NCBI GenBank assembly: GCA_047601445.1
Contig: JASGJH010000001.1
Coordinates: forward strand, 5,792,001-5,856,000
DNA length: 64,000 nucleotides
Source of the DNA: Myxococcales bacterium
Lineage (GTDB): Bacteria; Myxococcota_A; Polyangia; Polyangiales; DASUME01
Direction: 5' to 3'
Shown: positions 37,218 to 46,528 of the stretch, in pieces
Numbering within the stretch: position 1 is the stretch's first letter
How the letters are laid out: each line of letters starts with the position of its first letter
The notes under the pieces: generated by a model
What the model was told of the DNA's origin: nothing
Seen by the model: the letters and a program-made list of their open reading frames with translations, nothing else
Databases searched by the model: none
Translations under genes and position numbers: made by a program

Positions 37218-38072
37218 ATGGCCCGTTCCACTCTGCGCGTCGCCGCTCTCCAGTGCGCCCTACCCGGACCCTACGAGCAGAATCTCGCCGCCATCGAACG
37301 CTTGGTGCGCGAAGCCAAGAAGCGTGGTGCCCAGGTGGTGCTGCCGCCCGAGTTGTTCGCGGGTGAGTACTTCTGTCGCACCGAGGAGCCGCGTTTCTTC
37401 GAGTGGGCCGAGCCCTTCGAGACGAGCCGCACGGTGGCGCGCTTTCGCGAGATCGCGCGGGAGCTCGGCGTGTCCCTGCCCATCTCCTTCTTCGAGCGCG
37501 ACGGTCAGCAGTACTACAACTCGATCGCGGTGCTCGATCCCGAGGGCAACGTGCTCGGGCGCTATCGCAAGAGCCACATCCCGGATGGCCCGGGATACGA
37601 GGAGAAGTTCTACTTCCGTCCCGGTGCCGATGGCTTCAAGGTCTGGTCCACGCCCCACGCGCGACTCGGCGTGGGCATCTGTTGGGACCAGTGGTTCCCC
37701 GAGTGTGCACGCGCCATGGCGCTGCTCGATGCCGAGGTCTTGCTCTATCCCACGGCCATCGGTAGCGAACCCGAGGAACCCGACTTCGACAGCAAGGACG
37801 CCTGGCAGCGCGCCATGATCGGCCACGCCGTGTGCAACGTGATGCCGGTGATCGCGGCCAACCGCATCGGCAACGAGAACGGCCAGACGTTCTACGGCAG
37901 CTCCTTCATCTGTGACCACCGAGGCAACAAGCTCGCCGAGCTCGGGCGCAGCGAGGAAGGCGTGATCACCGCCGACCTGGACCTCGACAAGATCCGCGAG
38001 GACCGCGCCTCCATGGGCTTCTTCCGCGATCGCCGCCCCGAGCTCTACGGCTCCCTCAGCGAACGGCGCTGA
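37218..38072 (+). CDS. aguB: N-carbamoylputrescine amidase
   Basis: PELF, YRKSHIPDGPGYEEKFYF, ICWDQWFPE, YPTAIGSEP. Confidence 0.95.
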   Translation: MARSTLRVAALQCALPGPYEQNLAAIERLVREAKKRGAQVVLPPELFAGEYFCRTEEPRFFEWAEPFETSRTVARFREIARELGVSLPISFFERDGQQYYNSIAVLDPEGNVLGRYRKSHIPDGPGYEEKFYFRPGADGFKVWSTPHARLGVGICWDQWFPECARAMALLDAEVLLYPTAIGSEPEEPDFDSKDAWQRAMIGHAVCNVMPVIAANRIGNENGQTFYGSSFICDHRGNKLAELGRSEEGVITADLDLDKIREDRASMGFFRDRRPELYGSLSERR

Positions 38073-38075
38073 GCC

Positions 38076-38693
38076 TCAGTCTCGCTTGGGTTCGGTGTAC
38101 GACAGGCCGCGGTAGAGGGAGTCGCAGGCGGCCTTGAGCGCGGCGTCGTCGATGCGCACGTAGCCGAGCCGCTCGTTCTTGATGAGGCTCACCAGAGCGC
38201 CCCAGATGATGGCGAGGATGACGTCGGGCCGCATGTCGTCGCGGATCACCTTGAGCTCCTGCAGGCGCAAGAAGCCCAGGTAGAGCGGCGAGAGCGAGGT
38301 CACGTCCAGCTGCCGGCTGGCCCCGTCCAAGTACGCCAGGTGATCCTGCAGCTCCAGGAAGCGGAAGGCCAAGGCGTCCTCGCGCGCGAAGCCAACCAGG
38401 CGCCACCACAGGGTCTCGAAGATCTCGCGCGGCGGCGCCTTGGGCGTGCCCGGGGCAAACAGGCGGTCCAAGAGACGTCGCTTGGCCTCGCGGAAGACCT
38501 CGTTGGCCAGGGCCTCTTTGCTCGGGAACAGGCGATACAACGAGCCCGCCCCCACGGCCGCCTTCGCCATCACGTCTGGAATGGTCGTTCCCGCGTAGCC
38601 CCGCTCGGCGAACAGTGATAGGGCCGCATCGAGCACGGCGCGGCGCGTGCGTTGAGCCCGCCCGATCGCCTTATCTGTGCTCGAATCCGTCAT
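38076..38693 (-). CDS. TetR family regulator
   Basis: VLDAALSLFAERGY...GSLYRLFPSKEAL HTH. Confidence 0.92.
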   Translation of the reverse strand: MTDSSTDKAIGRAQRTRRAVLDAALSLFAERGYAGTTIPDVMAKAAVGAGSLYRLFPSKEALANEVFREAKRRLLDRLFAPGTPKAPPREIFETLWWRLVGFAREDALAFRFLELQDHLAYLDGASRQLDVTSLSPLYLGFLRLQELKVIRDDMRPDVILAIIWGALVSLIKNERLGYVRIDDAALKAACDSLYRGLSYTEPKRD

Positions 38694-38774
38694 GATTATC
38701 CGAAGATGATGCTTTCGAGCCGGAAGGTCAATGGGCCTCTTTGTGACCCCGATGACACAGCTATTGAACTCGAT

Positions 38775-38809
38775 TTGACAGCCCAGACATTGTTGGAATA
38801 CTCATTCCA
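38775..38809 (+). promoter_or_regulatory. Sigma70-type promoter overlapped by a palindromic operator
   Basis: TTGACA (38775-38780), AATACT (38797-38802), palindrome TGGAAT-ACTC-ATTCCA (38794-38809). Confidence 0.65.
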
Positions 38810-38826
38810 CTCAAGCAGGAGTGCCC

Positions 38827-40800
38827 ATGTCATACGTGATCACTGGCGGTACCGGGTTTATCGGCAAGCACCTGATCGACCGCCTCGTGCGCCGCGGCAA
38901 GCCCATCCACGTGATCGTCCGCGCCGGATCCCGGGCCAACCTCGAGGGCCTCATCGCCAGTCGCTGGGCCGCCCACGCCGGCCTCGTGCTGCCCCTCACC
39001 GGCGACATCACCGAGCCCCTCTGCGGCGTGAGCCCCAGCGAGCGCGCCGCGCTGATGGGCAAGGTCGAGGGCCTCTTCCACCTGGCCGCCATCTACGACA
39101 TGGACGTCGACGCCGACGCCGCCTGGCGCGCCAACGTGGAGGGCACGCGCCACGCCGTGGAGCTCGCCAACGAGCTCGGCTGCACCCTGCACCACGTGAG
39201 CTCCATCGCGGTCACCGGCGGCGTGTACCCCGGCGTATTCCGCGAGGACCAGTTCGACGAGGGCCAGAAGCTCGAGCACCCCTACTACCTCACCAAGTTC
39301 GAGTCGGAGGCGCTGGTGCGCCGCGAGTCGCGCGTGCCCTTCCGGGTCTATCGCCCGGGTGCTGTGGTGGGAGACTCCAAGACGGGCGAGGCCGACAAGG
39401 TCGACGGGCCCTACTACTCGTTCCCGCTGCTACGCCTGGCCAAGAAGAGCTTGCCGCCCTGGTTGCCGTTGATCGGCGTCGACAGCGGTGTGCTCAACAT
39501 CGTGCCCGTGGACTACGTGGCCGACGGCCTCGACGCGCTGGCCCACATTCCGGGTCTCGACGGCCGCGCGTTCCACCTGGTCGATCCGCAGGCCCCTTCG
39601 CTCTATGAGGCGATGTCCTTGTTCGCCAAGGCGGCTGGGGCACCGCGCTTTGCCTTCAAGGTGCCGGGCAAGTTCACGAGCGCGCTACTGAAGCACAATC
39701 CGCTCGCGAATCTGCCGCTCGCGGAGGCGGTGAAGCAAGGCTTCTTGGACAAGGTGGGAGTGCCCGAGTCCATCCTGGAGGCCACCGAGTGGGTGACGCG
39801 TTTCGACACCCGCGAGACCGTGGCGTTGCTTGCGCCGCTCGGGATTCAGTGCCCTCCCCTCGCGGCCTACGCCCAGGTGATCTGGGACTACTGGGAGCAG
39901 CACCTGCGCGCGGGTGCGGGCAAGCGGCGCACCCGGCAGCCTCGCGTGCGGCGCTCGCGCGACGTGACCGGCAAGCGCGTGTTGATCACGGGTGCCAGCA
40001 GCGGCATCGGGCGCGCGGTGGCGCTACGGGTGGCGGCCGAAGGTGGTGTGCCCCTGATGGTGGCGCGCTCCCTCGACAAGCTGGAGGCGCTGCGGGATCA
40101 CATCGTGTCGCGCGGCGGCCAGGCCGAGGTGTTTGCCTGCGATCTCAACGTGGCGAGCGACATCGACGCGCTCTTGGCCAGGCTCGAGAACGAAGCGCCC
40201 GTAGACGTGTTGGTGAACAACGCGGGCCGCAGCATCCGCCGCTCCCTGTCTCACTCCTACGATCGCTTGCACGACTTCGAGCGCACCATGCAGCTCAACT
40301 ACTTCGGCGCCCTACGCCTCACCATGGGTCTGCTCCCGCGCATGCGCAAGGAACGCAACGGCCACGTGATCAACATCTCGAGCGCCGGCGTGCGCGTGAA
40401 CACCCCGCGCTTTGCAGCCTATGTGGCTAGCAAGGCGGCGTTCGACGCGTTTAGCCGTGTGGCTGCAGGGGAGGTGCTCGGCGACGGCGTGTTCTTCACC
40501 ACCGTCTACATGCCCCTCGTGCGCACCGAGATGATCGCGCCCACCAAGGGCTACGCCAGTGCCCCCGCGCTCACGCCCGAGCAGGCGGCGTCCTGGGTGG
40601 TGCACGCCATGCGCGAACGTCCGAGCCAGCTAGGCGGCCCGGTGGCGCTCGCGGTGCACACCGTGAGCGAACTCGCGCCACGCTTGATGGAGCGCGCACG
40701 CAACATGGCCTACCGCTACACGCCGGGCAGCACCAAGGCCAAGCCCAAGGCCGATGCCACTCCAAAGGCTCAGTCCTTTGCCCGCAGAGAAATTAACTAA
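38827..40800 (+). CDS. Two-domain SDR, fatty acyl-CoA reductase-like
   Basis: N-domain TGGTGFIG, HLAAIYD, YYLTK; C-domain TGASSGIG, NNAGRSIRR, FERTMQLNYFG, YVASK. Confidence 0.85.
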   Translation: MSYVITGGTGFIGKHLIDRLVRRGKPIHVIVRAGSRANLEGLIASRWAAHAGLVLPLTGDITEPLCGVSPSERAALMGKVEGLFHLAAIYDMDVDADAAWRANVEGTRHAVELANELGCTLHHVSSIAVTGGVYPGVFREDQFDEGQKLEHPYYLTKFESEALVRRESRVPFRVYRPGAVVGDSKTGEADKVDGPYYSFPLLRLAKKSLPPWLPLIGVDSGVLNIVPVDYVADGLDALAHIPGLDGRAFHLVDPQAPSLYEAMSLFAKAAGAPRFAFKVPGKFTSALLKHNPLANLPLAEAVKQGFLDKVGVPESILEATEWVTRFDTRETVALLAPLGIQCPPLAAYAQVIWDYWEQHLRAGAGKRRTRQPRVRRSRDVTGKRVLITGASSGIGRAVALRVAAEGGVPLMVARSLDKLEALRDHIVSRGGQAEVFACDLNVASDIDALLARLENEAPVDVLVNNAGRSIRRSLSHSYDRLHDFERTMQLNYFGALRLTMGLLPRMRKERNGHVINISSAGVRVNTPRFAAYVASKAAFDAFSRVAAGEVLGDGVFFTTVYMPLVRTEMIAPTKGYASAPALTPEQAASWVVHAMRERPSQLGGPVALAVHTVSELAPRLMERARNMAYRYTPGSTKAKPKADATPKAQSFARREIN

Positions 40801-40984
40801 GAACGGGCGCCAAACCTGTCGATAGGTTTGGCTTGGATCCGGCGGTCGTGATCTGTACGGGCCGTGCAGACCTCGTGTGGCCCTGGCCGTTGGCGCTCCC
40901 GTGATGGTGGCCGCGCTCGCGAACGGGTCCACGGCCCCGGCAATGACCGCGGCGCCTCACATCACGGGTTTTGATCGCCCGTTC
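40801..40984. mobile_element. 184-bp MITE-like element
   Basis: Termini GAACGGGCG/CGCCCGTTC, TAA on both flanks, internal inverted repeats, no transposase. Confidence 0.65.
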
Positions 40985-41027
40985 TAAGCTGTCGTCGACG
41001 CCAAGGGCATGCGCCCTCGCTTGTGTC

Positions 41028-41906
41028 TTACTCCGCGGCTCGCGCGCTCAAGGTGGCGTGCCTCGCCTGCAGCTGCTTGCTGGTGAGCGTGCTGCCATCG
41101 TGGCTGAAGCCGGGTGGCGCGAACACGTAGCCTAGCTTGGCGCGCAGGGAGGGCGCCCGCTTGAGGTCGCGCCAGATGGCGCGCCACTCGTGGAAGGCGA
41201 TCACGCGCAGGTCGAAGCTCTCGAGGTTCTTGGTGATGCCGTACACGGGCGGGTCCGCGGGATCCTCGGCCGCGAAGCTGCCGAACAGGCGGTCCCACAC
41301 GATGAAGATGCCGCCGTGATTCTTGTCGAGGTAGCGCACGTTGGTGGCGTGGTGCACGCGGTGGTGGCTCGGCGTGTTGAGCACCCACTCGAGCGGACCC
41401 ATGGTGCGGACTTCCTGGGTGTGGATGAAGAACTGGTAGATCAGACTGATGGCCTGCTGCATCAAGATGAGCTCCGGCGAGAAGCCGAGCAGCGGCAAGG
41501 GCAGCCAGAAGATCCACATCAAGTAGGGCTGCGTCCACGACTGCCGTAGCGCCGTGGCCAGGTGATAGTGCTCACTCGAGTGGTGATTCACGTGGCCGGC
41601 CCAGAACAAGCGGACCTCGTGGTTGGTGCGGTGCGACCAGTAGTAACAAAAGTCCTCCGCCAACAGCAGCGCGAGGTATCCAAGCACGCCCATCGGCACG
41701 GTGAACAGCCGGTGCTCGTAGAGCTTGGTCAGGACCCACAGGAAGCCCAAGCGGAACGGCACGCCCGCCACCACGGCGCCCGTGCCCATCAGCAGGCTCG
41801 CCCAGGTGTCGCGCTTCTCGTACACGCCGCGGTCCCGCGTGACGTGCAGCTCGAGCAAGATCGAGAGCAGAAAGACCGGGACGGCCCAGGCGATCAAGGT
41901 GTCCAT
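41028..41906 (-). CDS. Fatty acid hydroxylase/sterol desaturase family, alkylglycerol monooxygenase-like
   Basis: His boxes HRTNHEV, HVNHHSS, YQFFIHT, PSHHRVHH; WDRLFGSF. Confidence 0.88.
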   Translation of the reverse strand: MDTLIAWAVPVFLLSILLELHVTRDRGVYEKRDTWASLLMGTGAVVAGVPFRLGFLWVLTKLYEHRLFTVPMGVLGYLALLLAEDFCYYWSHRTNHEVRLFWAGHVNHHSSEHYHLATALRQSWTQPYLMWIFWLPLPLLGFSPELILMQQAISLIYQFFIHTQEVRTMGPLEWVLNTPSHHRVHHATNVRYLDKNHGGIFIVWDRLFGSFAAEDPADPPVYGITKNLESFDLRVIAFHEWRAIWRDLKRAPSLRAKLGYVFAPPGFSHDGSTLTSKQLQARHATLSARAAE

Positions 41907-42562
41907 GGCGTGCCTCCGTCGCGCAAATCGCGCGGTGAAGTGCTGCTGCCCCGCGTGAGGGCGCCCAACATCAATTGCTTGAGCACCGCGAGGGCGGGCC
42001 CGGCCACGTTGCCGGCGCCGTAGCTCTCCACCACCAGGCCCTCCATCGAGCACATCAGGAGGTCCACCCAGGCATCGAACTCCGGGATCTCGCGCGCTGC
42101 TTGAGGGAAGAGCCTACGCGCGAGGTCCACCAGCACGCGGCGATGCTGCTGAACCACGGGCATCAGGGCGGCCTGGAGATCCGGGTCGGTGCGCGCGGCG
42201 GTATAGAGCTCGAAGGCGACGGCCAGGCGCGGCCCCGTGAACAGACGCCAGAGCAACTCGAAGGAGACCTCGGCGGTGGCAGCTCCCTGGGGAAGATCCG
42301 CAAAGCTCGTTTGATACCCATGCACGAGGGACGCGAAGAGGTGCTCGACAGCGGCCGATAACAGCTCGGCTTTACTGGGATAATGCTTGAAGAGTGCTCC
42401 CTGTGATACGCCGGCAAGTTTGACGATTTCGGGGGTCGTGGTGCGGGCGTAGCCGAGCTCCGTGAGGCAGGCGAGGGTCGCCTCGAGCAATCGGCGCTGG
42501 GTGTCGTCGCGACGCTCCTGCTGAGTGCGGCGAGGTCGGGGCGGCGTGGAGCGAGCGGACAT
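41894..42562 (-). CDS. TetR family regulator
   Basis: RRTQQERR...LLEATLACL...GVSQGALFKHYPSK; overlaps the start of the hydroxylase gene. Confidence 0.92.
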   Translation of the reverse strand: MSARSTPPRPRRTQQERRDDTQRRLLEATLACLTELGYARTTTPEIVKLAGVSQGALFKHYPSKAELLSAAVEHLFASLVHGYQTSFADLPQGAATAEVSFELLWRLFTGPRLAVAFELYTAARTDPDLQAALMPVVQQHRRVLVDLARRLFPQAAREIPEFDAWVDLLMCSMEGLVVESYGAGNVAGPALAVLKQLMLGALTRGSSTSPRDLRDGGTPWTP

Positions 42563-42589
42563 CCCGCAAACTCTATCCTTCTAATTTAG

Positions 42590-42607
42590 AAAGTGACAAG
42601 TCACTTT
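42590..42607. promoter_or_regulatory. Palindromic operator, likely TetR autoregulatory site
   Basis: AAAGTGAC-AA-GTCACTTT perfect inverted repeat ~28 bp upstream of the tetR start, in an AT-rich patch. Confidence 0.75.
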
Positions 42608-42907
42608 TTATTATGAACGACGGTGTTCCCGGCTAGGCCTACAGAAACACTTGCGAAAAACTGGATGCTTCAATGGAGTCGTCGATTACATTCCACGGAA
42701 GGTAGGCAAGCTTCCAAGCAAGGGGTGGGTGCGGTGATGCTTGGACGCGCCAAGCGCGTCTCGAGCGGCCTTCGGCGGGCATGTGGCTCGTCGGGAGGAT
42801 CGTCCGAGTGGGGCAGAGAACCCGCCTGGACATCGTACACGCGGACCACAACCCGCTTGGACATCTAGCTCGCGGGCAACGCTCGCATCGACCGGGAGAA
42901 CGCAGAC

Positions 42908-43639
42908 ATGAGGAACGGGATCATCCGCTCGCTATTCGCCCTCGGGCTCACCCTGACTGGCGCATCCGCGCAAGCGCAGGATCCAGAGGCTGGTGAGGTC
43001 TCCACGAGCGAGACCACGACCACCACCGTGACCACCACCAGCGCCGACACGGGCGGCGGCTCCGTGAGCTCGGGCTCCACGGGCGCCCAGGGTCCGCTGC
43101 GTCTCTACGGCGGTCTCCACTTCGGCGGCGGCGGCAACGTCAAGGTGATGCCCGAGGAGGGCGACTCGGACAAGGCGGATCTCGCTGGCCTGATCGGCTT
43201 CCAGCTGGGCGCCGACTACGTGATGCACCAGTACTTCGCCATCGGCGGCGAATTCCGGCTCACCTCCACCGCGGGTGGCGATCGCCCCGACGGCGTGGAT
43301 CGCAGCGACGTGGCGATTCTGCTGGTCGACTTCGACGTGAAGCCGCGTGGTCGCTACCAGTTCGGCAACATTCCCCTCGAGGTCTACGGCACCCTGCCGC
43401 TCGGCTTGAGCATCATCGCTCCCAAGGTCGAAGGCGCTGACACCAAGGTCAATATGAACTTCGGTATCGGTGGCGGCGCGACCTACTTCTTCACCGACAA
43501 GATCGGTGTGAACGCCGAAATGGCCGGCATCTTCCACTGGTACCGTGAGTCGATCGACACGGGGTTCGGCAACGACTTCACCGTGCGCAATCGCCTCGGC
43601 CAGTTCTACATGTTCCTGAACTTCGTGTACGCGCTCTGA
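42908..43639 (+). CDS. Outer-membrane beta-barrel protein
   Basis: Signal peptide ending AQA, Thr-rich linker, about 8 amphipathic strands, C-terminal FLNFVYAL. Confidence 0.8.
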   Translation: MRNGIIRSLFALGLTLTGASAQAQDPEAGEVSTSETTTTTVTTTSADTGGGSVSSGSTGAQGPLRLYGGLHFGGGGNVKVMPEEGDSDKADLAGLIGFQLGADYVMHQYFAIGGEFRLTSTAGGDRPDGVDRSDVAILLVDFDVKPRGRYQFGNIPLEVYGTLPLGLSIIAPKVEGADTKVNMNFGIGGGATYFFTDKIGVNAEMAGIFHWYRESIDTGFGNDFTVRNRLGQFYMFLNFVYAL

Positions 43640-43650
43640 GCGCGCTGCGA

Positions 43651-45225
43651 CTAGGCGCTCTGAGTATTGCTCGCGGGCGGATCCGCCCGCTTCGACGCGC
43701 GCTTGTTGCGCGCGCGTGAGCGCCAGAGGGCGACACCGAGGAACGGCACGGCCAGAAAGGCCGGGAAATCCCCGAGCACCTGGTACGGGTAGTTCTGCTC
43801 CAGCAGCGGCAGCGTGGCGCTCAAGTTGCCGCGCTCGTAGACGCCAGTGACCCCGACCACGCGGCCCATGGGGTCGATCATGGCGCTCACGCCGCTGTTG
43901 GTGGAGCGCACCATGGCTCGGTGGTGCTCCACGGAGCGGAACTTGGCGAGCGCGAGGTGCTCCCAGGGCTCGTGGGTGTCGCCGAACCAGGCGTCGTTCG
44001 ACATGTTGACGAAGAGCTGCGGGTTGGCCTCGGCGACCACGCCGCGCACGAAATTGGGCAGGATGTCCTCGTAGCAAATCAGCGCGCTGATGCGGTGGCC
44101 GTCGAGGAGGAGCGGGTGCTTGTGCTGGCCCTGGGCGAAGTTGCCCGAGTTGGGGGACCACTCGTAGAGCACCGGGAAGGTCTCGCCGAAGGGCAGGTAC
44201 TCACCGAAGGCCAACAGGAAGATCTTGTCGTAGCTGCCGACCAGATTGCCCTGCGCATCGGCCAAGAACGCCGTGTTGAACGGGCGCTTCTTGCCCTTGA
44301 ACTCTCGGCGTGTGAGTCCGCCGAATAGCGTGGGCACGCGCACCACGTTGCCGAGCACCTCGCGGCGCACGTTGAGCATGTCCTCGGGGATGTACCAGTT
44401 GAAGGCCGACTCCGGCCACACCAGCAGGTCGAGGTTCACCTCGCGCTGTAGCTGCTTGCTCTGCTCGAGGTGGCGGCGCCAACCTTCCTCGGGATCCTCG
44501 CGCTTCTCGAAGAAACCCATGTTGGTCTGCACCAAGCCCACGGTGATCTTGGGCGCGCTCGCGGCGCGCGCGTCGACCTCGTGGATGCGGTAGGCGCCGT
44601 AGGCCAGCGTGAGAGCCCACAGTCCACCCGCGATGGCGGGCTCACGCAGCGCCAAGTGGTGCTTGCCGGGCTCGCGTCGGGACTCGACCCAGGAGCGGAC
44701 GAACGCGTAGATGCCCGCGTTGGCAAGCGTAAGAAGCGCGCTAACAAGCAGCGGACCGCCGAGGTCGGCCACCTGGATGGCGACCGGCAGGTTGTGCAGG
44801 CTGGCCCCGAAGTAGTGCTCGAAGAGCAGCGGGATGGCCCACTCGGCGAACACCATGGAGGCGACCGCGCTGGAGAGCGCGCCGAAGCCGGCGTGGCGGG
44901 AGCGACGGTAGAGCAACGAAAAGCAGAGTAGGGCGCTCGATTGATAGAGCCAGACGATGGCCGCAAAGAGCACGCACACGGCGAACGGGAAGCCCGAGAA
45001 GTCCTCGAGGGTGTTGACGATCCAGTAGTAGCCACCCACGTTCGTCACGAAGCCGAAGCAAAGGCCGAGCCCGACCAAGTGGCGGTACGGCAGCTCCTCG
45101 CGTGGATCCAGCGCCCACAGCATCGGGACCAGCGCGATGAAGGCGAGCGGCCACAGATCGAAGCCGGCAAAACCCAGGAAGTACAGCGCCCCCGCGAGCG
45201 CGGCCAACACGTAACGAACCGCCAT
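43651..45225 (-). CDS. lnt: Apolipoprotein N-acyltransferase
   Basis: N-terminal TMs; VWPES, YDKIFLLAFGEYLP, ICYED, SNDAWFG, RSTNSGVSA. Confidence 0.95.
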   Translation of the reverse strand: MAVRYVLAALAGALYFLGFAGFDLWPLAFIALVPMLWALDPREELPYRHLVGLGLCFGFVTNVGGYYWIVNTLEDFSGFPFAVCVLFAAIVWLYQSSALLCFSLLYRRSRHAGFGALSSAVASMVFAEWAIPLLFEHYFGASLHNLPVAIQVADLGGPLLVSALLTLANAGIYAFVRSWVESRREPGKHHLALREPAIAGGLWALTLAYGAYRIHEVDARAASAPKITVGLVQTNMGFFEKREDPEEGWRRHLEQSKQLQREVNLDLLVWPESAFNWYIPEDMLNVRREVLGNVVRVPTLFGGLTRREFKGKKRPFNTAFLADAQGNLVGSYDKIFLLAFGEYLPFGETFPVLYEWSPNSGNFAQGQHKHPLLLDGHRISALICYEDILPNFVRGVVAEANPQLFVNMSNDAWFGDTHEPWEHLALAKFRSVEHHRAMVRSTNSGVSAMIDPMGRVVGVTGVYERGNLSATLPLLEQNYPYQVLGDFPAFLAVPFLGVALWRSRARNKRASKRADPPASNTQSA

Positions 45226-45293
45226 CGGCGCCCAGCGTAGCAGGGGACGTCCGGCGAATTTGGGAGAACCGCCTGCGGTGGGGTGGGACCCGT

Positions 45294-45363
45294 CCTGCGT
45301 GCTCGTGCTCGTGCTCGAATGCCCTCTCGCTGGCCCGCCAACGGCCGAGCACGAGCACGCAGG
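45294..45363. repeat. 18-bp inverted repeat built from GTGCTC units (REP-like)
   Basis: CCTGCGTGCTCGTGCTCG (45294-45311) and CGAGCACGAGCACGCAGG (45346-45363). Confidence 0.85.
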
Positions 45364-45423
45364 TGGGCCTTCAGGGGATCGCGTGACCCTCCCCGATCTC
45401 CAAAAAACGCCTAAGCTCGGGGC

Positions 45424-45747
45424 GTGGCTACCACCATCTTTCGCATCCTCGCGCGCGCTGACTGGGAGGCATTTCAGGCGAGCGGCAGCTTTCGGGGCAC
45501 GGCCCACGACCTGCGCGACGGATTCATTCACTTCTCCGCCGAGCACCAGGTCGCGGGCACGGCCGCCAAGCACTACGCAGGTCAGGTGGACCTGGTGCTC
45601 CTGCACGTGGACACCCAGCGGCTCGCCAGCTCGACGCGGGCCGAGCTCAAGTGGGAGGTCTCACGCGGGGGCGACTTGTTTCCCCACCTGTACGGCGAGC
45701 TTCCGCTGGCTGCCGTGGAACGCGCTGAGCCTTTCTCTGTGGCCTGA
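45424..45747 (+). CDS. DUF952-type protein
   Basis: DLRDGFIHFS, LKWEVSRGGDLFPHLYGEL. Confidence 0.9.
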   Translation: MATTIFRILARADWEAFQASGSFRGTAHDLRDGFIHFSAEHQVAGTAAKHYAGQVDLVLLHVDTQRLASSTRAELKWEVSRGGDLFPHLYGELPLAAVERAEPFSVA

Positions 45748-45771
45748 GGCGGCGTCCTCGCGACGGCGGAA

Positions 45772-46317
45772 TCAACGCTGGTCCTCGTCGCGCATCATTC
45801 GAAAGAAGTCGGTCGGGCCGGGGTCGATGCCGGACTGCATCATGAGCGTGGTCACTTGGCCCCGATGGTGGGTCTCGTGGTTGAGGAGCTGGGTCAGTGC
45901 CCACCAGCGCGGGCACGAGCCCGTCATGCCGCCGCTCATGAGCCTATAGGTGATCACGTCCGATAGGGAGCGCTCCTCGAGTTGGTTCACGTAGGTGAGC
46001 AGGTCCGCGTCGGTGACGGCGCGCTCCCGGGTGAGATCGCGAAAGTCCGCGTAGAGCTCCTGTCCGAGTGAGGTCACCGCGATGGCTTCACCTTGGGCGT
46101 CTCGAGATTGGAAGCGCTCGGGATCACCGGTGAGGCGCCCCAGCCAGGCTCGGTCGCCCAGCAGAATGTGATTGAGCGTGCCGTGGATGGAGCCGAAGAA
46201 GGCTCCGCGGTCGCGCTTGCGCTCCTCGTCTTCGAGCTTGGCGAGCAAGCCGTAGACTCGGTCATTCATCCACAGGTTGTAGCGGGCGAGCGCGCGGTAT
46301 TGCTCGAGCCAGGACAT
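45772..46317 (-). CDS. DinB/YfiT superfamily protein (not DNA polymerase IV)
   Basis: YNLWMN, FFGSIHGTLNHILLGD, NHETHHRGQVTTL. Confidence 0.9.
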   Translation of the reverse strand: MSWLEQYRALARYNLWMNDRVYGLLAKLEDEERKRDRGAFFGSIHGTLNHILLGDRAWLGRLTGDPERFQSRDAQGEAIAVTSLGQELYADFRDLTRERAVTDADLLTYVNQLEERSLSDVITYRLMSGGMTGSCPRWWALTQLLNHETHHRGQVTTLMMQSGIDPGPTDFFRMMRDEDQR

Positions 46318-46528
46318 GGTGGGATCTCCTTCGGGCGTTGCCAACGGACGCGGCGAGCTTAGGTCGGGTTCCCCCTGCGGGGCATTACGGGTCACCCGTG
46401 ATGGGCGCGGGCGCCCTGGGCCCCAGCCGGGCCAGCCGTGAGAGCAAACCTGAGACATGCGAGTGGCCTGTCAGCGCCTTTCCAAGTAAGGATGCCCGGC
46501 TAGACTCGTCCGGTTTTTTGAGGAGTTC

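Noticed and set aside
45772..46317. DinB as SOS polymerase IV
   Set aside because: Size and His motifs indicate the unrelated DinB/YfiT fold, and no LexA-like box was seen upstream.
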